From positions 5,766,001 through 5,830,000 of the forward strand of contig CATNEN010000007.1 of NCBI GenBank assembly GCA_950097015.1: DNA of 64,000 nucleotides, in the 5' to 3' direction. This document shows positions 1-11,404 of this stretch, in pieces. The stretch is from Macrostomum hystrix. Taxonomy: Eukaryota > Animalia > Platyhelminthes. Each line of letters begins with the position of its first letter. The first letter of the stretch is position 1. Both the position numbers and the translations under genes were made by a program. The notes beneath the pieces were generated by a model. It was not told the origin of the DNA and ran no database searches. It saw only the letters and a program-made list of their open reading frames with translations.

Positions 1-601
1 CCAGTGCAGTGCCGGCGCCTTCTTGCGACTGCACTGATTCGACGAACTTCGCTGTTTCCACCGTCTCAGTAAAAGTCGCCTTCGGGTGCATCTGCGTCTG
101 CATCCGATCAGCTGGGTTTCTCAATCCAGAAATTTCTCAAACCGACCTTTGAGCAGCTCGTCCTTCGCTGTCACTTGCCATCCGTCATCCTGCGCTCATC
201 AGTCGCAGTCTCTTCTAGACTTAAAAAAACGCGCTTCGCGGGCATCGGAGTACTCTGCAACCGACTGACCGTCCTTCTGAGTGAGGTTGAAGAACGGCTT
301 GCAGCTCAGCAGAGGATGTAGATGGCCGGAAACGACTGAGCAAAGTCTTTTCAAAATCGTTGTAGGACTGGGCAGCTGCAAGATTGCTGGCCGCTTGGTA
401 CGCTTTGTCATCGAGGAATGACAGCAGAGCATTTTTGCGCTGATCCTCTGGAAAGGACAATGCAAAGTTTTTGAAACGCGCCAGACAGAGCTCAAAATCT
501 TGCCTATACTGGTATTGGGGTGGTCGCTGAAACATATTGACAAAACTGGCTTGCGCTACTGCCACTGCAGGGCTCTCTGCACTGCTCTCACTGTTTTTCA
601 T
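1..601 (-). pseudogene. Decayed LTR-retrotransposon (Ty3/Gypsy-like) gag fragment, antisense in an intron of the ZIP gene
   Basis: Frameshifted pieces join into a gag capsid-like sequence: ...FELCLARFKNF...LLSFLDDKAYQ...FEKTLLSRFRP / FFNLTQKDGQSVAEYSD (QxxxxSVxEY) / KDELLKGRF / GLRN...TFTETVETAKFVES. It runs off the window start. Confidence 0.65.
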
Positions 602-602
602 A

Positions 603-731
603 TGGGATATGATTATGGGATTTTGGTTGGATGATTGGGAGTATGGGATTTTGGTTGGATGATTGGGAGTATGTGATTTTGGTTGGGTGATTGGGAGTAT
701 GGGATTTTGGTTGGATGATTGGGAGTATGGT
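603..731. repeat. ~28-bp minisatellite (gggattttggttggatgattgggagtat), ~4 copies
   Basis: Tandem copies seen directly. Confidence 0.9.
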
Positions 732-771
732 GATTATATTCTACTTACCCCTGGCTCCCTGTCGCCCACAG

Positions 772-3700
772 TGCCTTCAACTGGCCTTCATTCACGAGGA
801 GGTGAACAGGCCGAACTCCAGCCTGTTCGAGGAGCACCACCATCACGTGTTCCGGCCCGGTTGGTCCAGCCACGCCACCTGGGAGGAGTTCATCTCGCGG
901 CACCCCTGGTACCTGTGGCGCTGCTGCACCGTGTTTGCTGGTATCTACCTGTTCTTTGTGATAGAACGACTGCTCAAAGAGCTCATTCGCTGGAAGGTGA
1001 GAGACAGCATCTGGCTTTTCCACTTCAAAACTGGCGGTCTAGAATTTCAATGCATGCCAGGTTAACAAAGTCTATTGTTATCAGTTTAGCAAGGAGTTGC
1101 CTAGGGCTCCGTGATAGGCTGGCCTGCACAAAGAGTGACAGCGTTTGCCTCTCGCACCAAGGTCCCTGAGTTCAATTCCGCGCCGAGGCCACATCTATTT
1201 GGGGCGCAGCCGCGGACAGAAGGCTTGGGCTTGTCGTGCGATTTACGCCCTTGAGGGCCAACCTCCAAGGCACAGTGAGAGTTTACACTGTCTGATAATA
1301 AGCAAGTCAGGGCAGTTGTATACACCTGTTTCTGTCTGCGTACAGTATCTGTGTGCGTTTGTGCTCAGGAGTCAACAAACTAGGCAGAATTGCCTGATCG
1401 CTGGTTGCGGGTCTAGTGTCAACAAATAATTTGCCATTGCCCGCAGCCCTCCTAATAATAATAATATTATTATTATTATAGTTATTTATTTCATTTTTTT
1501 TATTACTAATATTATTGTATACTTGTAAAGCTGGCTTTAACTCAATAGCAATAATTCTGACTCTGATTCTCGTTCCGCTTCTCCTCCCCTGCACGCAGCT
1601 GCCTATTATTATTTTAACCATGTACACAGGCTAGTTTCCTAAATTTTCTATTGAATTCGATTTCGTATTCAATAATTCAATTCCCAAAGCAACCGGTTGC
1701 TATGGACGCTGTGTGTGCCAAGCAGCACCAGCATCATCATCACAGCCAGCACAGTCTGAGGGAGCGCTTCCCTTCCTGCAGTGTCAACATCGAGCGGGTG
1801 CCCACGAGGGCCGACAAGCAGATTCGATACGCCAGACCGGATGGCGCTGTGGGCAGCTGCGCCCGCTGCGGCAGGACCAACAGCGACGGAGGCGTCAGCT
1901 GCGCGGACGGATGCGAGGCGCTGCAGGATTTGGTCACCGGCGACGAGGTTTGTGCGCTGTGGTAAACAGTTTGTGAGTGTTGTGACTGCAGTGGAACAGT
2001 TTGTGAATGTTGTGACTGCAGTGGAACAGTTTGTGAATGTTGTGACTGCAGTGGAACAGTTTGTGAATGTTGTGACTGCAGTGGAACAGTTTGTGAGTGT
2101 TGTGACTGCAGTGGAACAGTTTGTGAGTGTTGTGACTGCAGTGGAACAGTTTTTGAGTGTTGTGACTGCAGTGGAACAGTTTGTGAATGTTGTGACTGCA
2201 GTGGAACAGTTTGTGAGTGTTGTGACTGCAGTGGAACAGTTTGTGAGTGTTGTGACTACAGTGGAACAGTTTGTGAGTGTTGTGACTGCAGTGGAACAGT
2301 TTGTGAGTGTTGTGACTGCAGTGGAACAGTTTGTGAGTGTTGTGACTACAGTGGAACAGTTTGTGAGTGTTGTGACTGCAGTGGAACAGTTTGTGAATGT
2401 TGTGACTGCAGTGGAACAGTTTGTGAATGTTGTGGCCGTATTGGATACGTTTCTAATTTAAATTATGCAATTTTATATTTCAATAAAAATGATGCATGCT
2501 TTTTCAGTATCAGGAGCTGTATGCAAATTTATAAGCTTACTCATAAAGGAAATGACAATAGCTCTCTGTGACTGTACCACTTTACCATATATTCAGCTAC
2601 CAAGTGGTGACAGATAACTATTTTCTGTAAGTTAATTTATATTTTCGCTTGATTTGTTTAAATTCGAAATTTCCGGATTTTTTGCAGGGCGGCGGCGCGT
2701 CAGCAGTCGCCGTGGCGGTCGCCAGCCACGGCCATTCGCACTTGGCCTCGGTGGCACCGGCGGCGGCGTCCGACGCCACCGTCGAGCTGGCGAGCTGCCG
2801 CACCGCGGAGATTCGCCCGCCGTCGACAACGCTGGAAGTGGCGGCAGCTGCTGAAACTTCGTCGCCAGATTCTGTCGCCGGAGTTGAATCGGCCGATAGT
2901 CGGCAGTTATCTGCGAATCCGACTAAGAACGGCTTCGGCGGCGGCGGCGGCGGCCGGCTGAACATCTCCACCAGGCTGGCCAAAGTCCAACCAGTCGCCT
3001 GGATGATCCTGCTGGGAGACGCGCTGCATAACTTCATCGACGGCCTGAGCATCGGCGCGGCCTTCACCCGCTCCACCCTCAGCGGCATCAGCATCTGCCT
3101 CGCCGTACTGTGCGAGGAGCTGCCGCACGAGCTCGGCGACTTCGCCATCCTGTTGTCTTCGGGCATGTCGATGCCGATGGCGCTGCTGTGCAACTTCCTG
3201 TCCGCCTGCACCTGCTACCTGGGATTCGCCCTGGGTGTCCTGCTGGGCGAGACTGGAGCAAGCGTCTGGGTATTCGCCATCGCCAGCGGCATGTTCCTCT
3301 ACATCAGCCTCGTGGACATGGTGCGCCGTGCCTGCGGAATTTTATCCTAGAATCTTGAAGTATTTTTATGGTCGGGGATCATAGATATGGGATCTTGGAT
3401 ATCCCTAAATTGGGATCTTGGATATCCCTGAATTGGGATCTTGGATATCCCTGAATTGGGATCCTGGATATCCCTGAATTGGGATCTTTGATCCCCCTGA
3501 ATTGGGATCTTGGATATCCCTGAATTGGGATCTTGGATACCCCTGAATTGGGATCTTGGATATCCCTAAATTGGGATCTTGGATATCCCTGAATTGGGAT
3601 CCTGGATATCCCTGAATTGTGATCTTTGATCCCCCTGAATTGGGATCTTGGATATCCCTGAATTGGGATCTTGGATACCCCTGAATTGGGATCTTGGATA

Positions 3701-4770
3701 CCCCTGAATTGGGATCTTGGATATCCCTGAATTGGGATCTTGGATATCCCTAAATTGGGATCTTTGATCCCCCTGAATTGGGATCTTGGATATCCCTGAA
3801 TTGGGATCTTGGATACCCCTGAATTGGGATCTTGGATACCCCTGAATTGGGATCTTGGATATCCCTGAAATGGGATCTTGGATACCCCTGAATTGGGATC
3901 TTGGATACCCCTGAATTGGGATCTTGGATATCCCTAAATTGGGATCTTGGATATCCCTGAATTGGGATCTTGGATATCCCTAAATTGGGATCTTGGATAT
4001 CCCTGAATTGGGATCCTGGATATCCCTGAATTGGGATCTTGGATATCCCTGAATTGGGATCTTTGATCCCCCTGAATTGGGATCTTGGATATCCCTGGAA
4101 TTGGGATCTTGGATACCCCTGGAATTGGGATCTTGGATACCCCTGGAATTGGGATCTTTGATATCCCTGAATTGGGATCTTTGATACCCCTGAATTGGGA
4201 TCTTGGATATCCCTGAATTGGGATCTTGGATATCCCTGAATTGGGATCTTGGATATCCCTGAATTGGGATCTTTGATCCCCCTGAATTGGGATCTTGGAT
4301 ATCCCCTGAATTGGCATCTTTGATACCCCTGAATTGGGATCTTGGATATCCCTGAATTGGGATCTTGGGGATCTTGGATATCACTGAATGGGGATCTTGG
4401 GGATCTTGGATATCCCTGATTTGGGATCTTGGATATCACTGAACTGGGATCTTGGATATCCTTGATTTGGGATCTTAGATATCCTTTACTGGGATTTGGG
4501 AAATCATTCATTGGGATCTCGGATATCTATCATGAGGATTGTCGACTTTTTTTCTTCTTGGATTATATTCTGAGTTAAGATTAGGATTTTCTCGTCTTAA
4601 TCCCTTCGCAGATGCCAGAGATCGGTCACTCCATGGAGGAGCCGGAGGCCAAGCAGCTGGGCAAGGCCAAGATCTTCGTGCTGCAGAACCTGGGCCTTTT
4701 CATGGGCTTCGGCGCCATCCTGCTGCTTGCCATTTACGGCGGCAACATCAAAATCGGCGGCGATGCTTGA
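772..4770 (+). CDS. LIV-1 subfamily ZIP (SLC39A) metal transporter, ZIP8/ZIP14-like; 5' exons lie outside the window
   Basis: Exons 772-996, 1690-1947, 2688-3320 and 4612-4770, all GT-AG and phase 0. TM3 [21 protein letters not shown]; His-rich loop (HQHHHH, HGHSH); TM4 [17 protein letters not shown]; TM5 [15 protein letters not shown]; [11 protein letters not shown]|MPE; C-terminus [29 protein letters not shown]. Confidence 0.93.
1104..1480 (+). mobile_element. tRNA-derived SINE, family A
   Basis: tRNA-like head with B-box-like gagttcaattcc, central block ccttgagggccaacctccaaggcacagtgagag, and a (TAA/ATT)n tail. A homologous copy lies at 17391-17782 (-) and a fragment at 13290-13441. Confidence 0.85.
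1965..2433. repeat. 30-bp minisatellite (acagtttgtgagtgttgtgactgcagtgga), ~15 copies, intronic
   Basis: Tandem copies; it explains the spurious [13 protein letters not shown]. Confidence 0.97.
3388..4530. repeat. 23-bp minisatellite (ttgggatcttggatatccctgaa), ~48 copies, intronic
   Basis: Tandem copies. Confidence 0.97.
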
Positions 4771-4928
4771 CCTTTTTACGGCCCCGCCAGTGTTTTGTGT
4801 CCAGCGGTGACAGAGCCTTTACTGCCTGCCCTGCATCGTGAATCAATTTTTTGTAGTTATTTAATTTTTAGAATTTTGTGGGTTGAGAACTTTTTTTCTA
4901 TAAAACCTTATTATTAGCTTATTCTTAA

Positions 4929-6188
4929 TCTGCATACCTAATGAGATCCCATCTGCATATCTAATGAGATCCCATCTGAATACCTAATGAGATCCCATCT
5001 GCATATCTAATGAGATCCCATCTGAATACCTAATGAGATCCCATCTGCATATCTAATGAGATCCCATCTGAATACCTAATGAGATCCCATCTGCATATCT
5101 AATGAGATCCCATCTGAATATCTGATGAGATCCCATCTGAGTGCCTAATGAGATCCCATCTGAATGCCTAATGAGATCCCATCTGAGTGCCTAATGAGAT
5201 CCCATCTGAATATCTAATGAGATCCCATCTGAATATCTGATGAGATCCCATCTGAGTGCCTAATGAGATCCCATCTGAATGCCTAATGAGATCCCATCTG
5301 AGTGCCTAATGAGATCCCATCTGAATATCTAATGAGATCCCATCTGAATGCCTAATGAGATCCCATCTGAGTGCCTAATGAGATCCCATCTGAGTGCCTA
5401 ATGAGATCCCATCTGAATGCCTAATGAGATCCCATCTGAGTGCCTAATGAGATCCCATCTGAATATCTAATGAGATCCCATCTGAATGCCTAATGAGATC
5501 CCATCTGAGTGCCTAATGAGATCCTATCTGAATGCCTAATGAGATCCCATCTGAATATCTAATGAGATCCCATCTGAATATCTAATGAGATCCTATCTGA
5601 ATACATAATGAGATCCTATCTGAATACATAATGAGATCCCATCTGATTACATAATGAGATCCCATCTGAATATCTAATGAGATCCGATCTGAATACATAA
5701 TGAGATCCTATCTGAATACATAATGAGATCCCATCTGATTACATAATGAGATCCCATCTGAATATCTAATGAGATCCGATCTGAATACATAATGAGATCC
5801 TATCTGAATACATAATGAGATCCCATCTGATTACATAATGGGATCCCATCTGAATATCTAATGATATCCCATCTGAATGCCTAATGAGATCCTATCTGAG
5901 TGCCTAATGAGATCCTATCTAAATGCCTAATGAGATCCCATCTGAATATCTGAATACCTAATGAGATCCCATCTGAATATCTGAATACCTAATAAGATCC
6001 CATCTGCATATCTAATGAGATCCCATCTGAATACATAATGAGATCCCATCTGAATATCTGAATACCTAATGAGATCCCATCTGCATATCTAATGAGATCC
6101 CATCTGAATACATAATGAGATCCCATCTGAATATCTGAATACCTAATGAGATCCCATCTGCATATCTAATGAGATCCCATCTGAATAT
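4929..6188. repeat. 23-bp minisatellite (atgagatcccatctgaatatcta), ~54 copies
   Basis: Tandem copies downstream of the ZIP stop codon. Confidence 0.97.
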
Positions 6189-6930
6189 CTTGTGGAATAC
6201 CTTTAGATCATCCATCATCTAGCTACCTATTATCTAATCTACTCGTATATTAGTACAAATCTATACAGCTCTAATTTGAGTATTGCATTATTTATGTCTT
6301 GAGTACTATTGTTTTGTATTTATTCTGTTTCCTAATGGACAGCTGAGAAATTGTTTATTAAATATTTGCAGCATATTTTACCAATTCTTTTGGCAATATA
6401 CGTACGGCTTGTGCGATCCATTCGCTTGACTATGAAAATAGATGTTCTGGTCTCAGCTTTGTGTTTAGGCTTGAGTTTTGTTTCCCCAACAGTAATAAAG
6501 TATCGGACCAATCATGTTTCGACAATTTTTACACACGTTTCTGTTTTCATCAATGCTGTCAAATTAGAAATCCATTTTCCGTCGGGGTTTTGCCGGTACT
6601 AACTACCAGTTTAATTGAGGTATGATTTCTTGATTTTAAGTTTCCCTTGCCTGCCTTCAGGTTTATTTATGTTATTCATGTTTATAAAATCGGAACATTT
6701 TATCAGAAATTTTAACGCGATATATTTTATGTAAGATTGTGATCTTGGTTTGAGAGTAACTATTTAATCTTTTTACACAATCATATTACAGCAAATTGCC
6801 AGTTTATTTAGAGTGGCCTGCCTCTGTTATTTTAGTCGCCTTGTGGTCGTGTCAGTATTTCAGTATGACGAACTTTTAATTACTTATTGATCCCTTACAT
6901 CCTCATTTTCGCTTAGCAGCTTCAATTCAA

Positions 6931-7890
6931 TCTGGGGTGCTGCCCATCTGCAATTAGTGACTTTACTGCAGTCTGGGGTGCTGCCCATCTGCAATTAGTG
7001 ACTTTACTGCAGTCAGGGGTGCTGTCCATCTGCAGTTAGTGACTTTACTGCAGTCAGGGGTGCTGTCCATCTGCAGTTAGTGACTTTACTGCAGTCTGGG
7101 GTGCTGTCCATCTGCAATTAGTGACTTTACTGCAGTCAGGGGTGCTGTCCATCTGCAATTAGTGACTTTACTGCAGTCTGGGGTGCTGCCCATCTGCAAT
7201 TAGTGACTTTACTGCAGTCAGGGGTGCTGTCCATCTGCAGTTAGTGACTTTACTGCAGTCTGGGGTGCTGCCCATCTGCAATTAGTGACTTTACTGCAGT
7301 CTGGGGTGCTGCCCATCTGCAATTAGTGACTTTACTGCAGTCTGGGGTGCTGTCCATCTGCAATTAGTGACTTTACTGCAGTCTGGGGTGCTGCCCATCT
7401 GCAATTAGTGACTTTACTGCAGTCTGGGGTGCTGCCCATCTGCAATTAGTGACTTTACTGCAGTCTGGGGTGCTGCCCATCTGCAATTAGTGACTTTACT
7501 GCAGTCTGGGGTGCTGCCCATCTGCAGTTAGTGACTTTACTGCAGTCTGGGGTGCTGTCCATCTGCAATTAGTGACTTTACTGCAGTCTGGGGTGCTGCC
7601 CATCTGCAATTAGTGACTTTACTGCAGTCTGGGGTGCTGCCCATCTGCAGTTAGTGACTTTACTGCAGTCTGGGGTGCTGTCCATCTGCAATTAGTGACT
7701 TTACTGCAGTCTGGGGTGCTGCCCATCTGCAATTAGTGACTTTACTGCAGTCTGGGGTGCTGCCCATCTGCAATTAGTGACTTTACTGCAGTCTGGGGTG
7801 CTGCCCATCTGCAATTAGTGACTTTACTGCAGTCTGGGGTGCTGTCCATCTGCAATTAGTGACTTTACTGCAGTCTGGGGTGCTGCCCAT
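6931..7890. repeat. 41-bp minisatellite (tctggggtgctgcccatctgcaattagtgactttactgcag), ~23 copies
   Basis: Near-identical tandem copies with no unique spacers. Confidence 0.97.
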
Positions 7891-8648
7891 CGACAGTTAT
7901 TGACCTAAAAATAGAAAAGAAGATTATTGACCTAAAAATAGAAAAGAAGATGCTAGAGCTTTCTACTGTATCCTTTCTTATTGTTTTGCACTAGTTTTCG
8001 CACTCCTGTTTGATTTTATCTTACAATTTTTTTTGTCAATTTTATATGCAAATGCTGCAAGTATTTTTGAGTAGTCCTTTGTCTTAAAAGATTTGATCTA
8101 GAGAACTGCCTTCTTCGGTGATAACACAGCTGTTTGTGTGCTCAATCTTTAAAAGTTATTCTTATTGCCTCGAGGTTTGAATTGAATTCAATATATGCTT
8201 TAAGTCTTAGCCTTCTTGATTTTAGTCTTCTGATTTTAGAATGGTCAATCGGTTCAGTTTAAGTGACTAAAAGTTCTTCTAGAACGGTGCACACAGCGAC
8301 AAATTCGTTAAAGTTCCAGTTTTTCTTATTCATTTCAATACAACCGACTGGCTTTATTGGCTTCCCTATTTCTCATTTTATTCTTAAAGTATAATTGCAG
8401 GTGCCCTGCTAGAGTCAATAACCGTCACGGATACAGCTGAGTAAACAGGCTGTGCTTTGCTTTTTCTTGGAGACTCTGCAACTTCTGCAAGCTAAGTCAA
8501 CTCAGTCTGAATGTCCCTTATGAACTGCTCTACCGCACCTAGGCTTTGTGTCTCAGTTGGGTCATACCGGTCTAACTCTAGCTCATTGGCTGCTGTCATT
8601 GTGCGTCATGACCTATCTCACTCTAGCTCATTGACATTCTGATAGACT

Positions 8649-9244
8649 CTTCTATCTATTTTGCAGGGGGGCCGGGGCACTTGTCGCACAAGCGACGGAG
8701 CGGCATGCCCCCAGACCGGCGAACTAGGCGCTTAGCGCCCATCGCGCCGCCTCCCCTGAGCAGGCACCACACCAGCAGCACAGACCAGCCGGGGAGGGCA
8801 GGAGGCACCCAGAATAGGCAGCAGTGTCCCCCACCCCAGCCCCACACGCACAGAGCAGACCGAGCCGGGGCGGAAGGCTGATAAGAAATCAGTCCTCAGG
8901 GGGGGCGGGTGATGAGTGTACACTTATCCAGTCGCGCTGACGGAAATCCAGAAAGCGCGTGGCGGTGTACACCCGCCCCCCAGCCACCCCCCCCGCAAGG
9001 CCTCACGCCCCAGCGCCAACGCACACAACTCACGCAACGCAGAACAGGCACACAGAAAGGTAGGAGCGAAGCTGTTATTTCAAGCTTTGATTGCACGAAA
9101 TATGGTGCACCTCCGCCGGTCGCTACTGTCAAAAGTAAAAACCCTCCAACAAGTCCCGAAATTAATCGTGACTTGAAGGGAGAATCGAACTAGCGTCCAT
9201 TGGAGTGCGAGGCAGCGACGCTAGCCGCTGACCCACTCGCCCCC
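8649..9244 (-). mobile_element. Full-length tRNA-derived SINE, family B, with a 10-bp target-site duplication (TSD)
   Basis: The minus strand starts ggggcgagtgggtcagcggctagcgtcgctgcctcgcac...ctagttcgattctc (A- and B-box-like), has a GC-rich body and ends aaaatagatagaag. It is flanked by the direct repeat ctgatagact (8639-8648 and 9245-9254). Confidence 0.8.
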
Positions 9245-9444
9245 CTGATAGACTTATCAGTCAGGGAAGAATGATTTGGACTTAAATTAGACTTGAATGC
9301 CAGCTTTCCACTAGTGGCAATTTGGTCATAAATTTTCCTGCACAAGTTACTTCTGGCTAACTTTGAAAGAATTTGTAAACATGTTGCTCTCAGCTCGCTA
9401 CTGAAGCGAACTTTTGTACCTAATTAAAAAACAGCCCTCTACCC

Positions 9445-9761
9445 CAGGTGTCGGAAAACTTATTCGCGTGCGGGCCATGGAGAGAACCTAAAAGGCGACA
9501 GTGGGCCTCACTAACTGTAGGAATATGAGAAAGGGGTGAAATGAGACAAGGGGAGATGAGACAGAAAAGAAATGAGACATGGGAGAGATGAGTCAGCGAT
9601 GAGATGAGATGCGGGATAAGAGACAGAAGAGATGAGACTCCATTTCCAGAGGAGAGAGAGAGATGAGACAGGATACTATAGATGTTGGAAGGGACAACGG
9701 GCCGGATTTGGGAGCTTCGAGGGCCGCATCTGGCCCGCGGGCCGGGGTTTGCCGACCCCTG
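9445..9761. mobile_element. hAT (Buster/Charlie-type) MITE, older copy
   Basis: Terminal inverted repeats (TIRs) caggtgtcggaaaac ... gtttgccgacccctg, subterminal ggcccgcgggccgg, and an internal degenerate gagacag repeat. Homologous to 12672-12983; no clean TSD. Confidence 0.8.
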
Positions 9762-11404
9762 CTAAGCTTACTTATTTATGTATTATCTTTGCACTCCTTA
9801 CTACTAATAAACAGTTTCGTTAGTAGCATACGAAGGAAACTTCATACTTTTTGAGTGAATTATTTCAATGATAATTAGCAGCGAAGGAAATCCTGTTAAA
9901 ATATTTCCGAACCCCGGGGTGAATTTGCTGCTCAATGTTCTCTGTTTTCAATCCTCATTACGCCTAGAAGGGCTTATTTGACTGCCATCATCAGGCGAAG
10001 ATCATGAATGATTGCTAAAGCCCAGTGCCAATCCTCTGGGAGATTTAGTTGCTTGTTTTGCTAACAGGCACGTGGGAATTTCATTTAGGTCGAGTGGAAA
10101 GTTCAGATGTCGATCAAATCAATTGCTGATGCCCCCTCATCTGCTCTAAATCTGGAGTGCAAAATTATGTTAGATGCAAATTCACTCAATAGGCGGTCAC
10201 TTGGACAAGCTTATGTTAGTTAGTTAGAATAGAGGTTACTTAAAAGTTAGTTTGAATGTAGAGAATTTACTTTGCTTTCTAGAAAAGCAAACATTTCGAA
10301 AATATGTTGCACAAAATAATCATGTTTTTCTTCAAGTAGTGCATCAGAATATCCTATCTGCGCAGTGTATTTTCGGGACAGCCAGTCAGCCTACACTGGT
10401 CTGGAAAATGGGGGTTTGGCCGGGAGTTGTCTCCAGTTTCTAGATTCAAAGCTCCATGATCTAGTCTAGTCTGTAAAGATGCTTTTCTGATTGACCTTGG
10501 CTTCCGAATAAGAGCTTTTAATTTTTTTCAGTTGAATTCCATTGACTGCTATTTTTAGAAAACCTTGTGGGAACCCTTTTTAAACGCCTTTCAGCCCAGG
10601 CACGTGACTAACGTTAACCAATTGGATCCGTCTTAAGGCTTTTAAAACTAAGAATTCTCCATTTGACCTTGAAGTCACGCTTTAGTCATGTGATTTTTAT
10701 GCACTATATAGTACGAGCTATCTTTTTGGCATGCCAGCCAGTGCAGAGACATGAAGGGCTTCCATGACGTCATATATTTACCAAGTTTGATATTTAAAAC
10801 GATTTAATTAAAATTGAATATCTGATAAGGCGCCATCAGCCATACGAGCTAGGTAATTATAGAGAAAAAATCTGATCTGATCGTGTGTGTACTGGGTGAG
10901 CGATATGAAAAAAAAGACAATATTATCGACCTCCCTGGAGATGCGTCACATCGTCAGCTTCGAGTCTTTGTTAACAAATAATTATCTGATTGTGTTCGGG
11001 CTGCGCTGAAAGAGAGATTTCGAAACAGCTGGTTGACTTCTGCCAGAACAGGTGATTTTTTTGAGCTGTTGCGCGATCGCCCATCTCTTAAAGTAAGTAG
11101 AAATGGTGATTCTTTTTCATTGCTAGTACCGTAAATTCAGAATAACAGCACGGTTGGCGACCTGTTCAAAGCGCCCTGCCAGACTGAAGTTCTGTCTTAA
11201 AACGGGAGTTCCAAACGGGATCAGAGGGGGAGTTTCAGAAAGTGCTAATGAGACCATGCTTGCATCTTCTGTACAAAATTTACTAATCTTTGAGTCCCGT
11301 CACTGATGTTCATCAGGCAGGCGCTCACAATGATTGTGAGAAGTAAAAATGGATCAGGGAGGGCAAGGTACGGGGCAGGGCGGCAGGCGTGATGGCGGAG
11401 TTCG

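Noticed and set aside
3750-4511. Long repetitive ORFs (also 1781-2461, 22522-23005, 27745-28860, 32195-33018, 55021-55794, 62568-63168)
   Set aside because: They are translations of intronic or intergenic minisatellites, open in several frames.
6931-7890. CRISPR-like appearance of this and other 23-41-bp arrays
   Set aside because: The units are head-to-tail with no unique spacers, there are no cas genes, and the context is eukaryotic.
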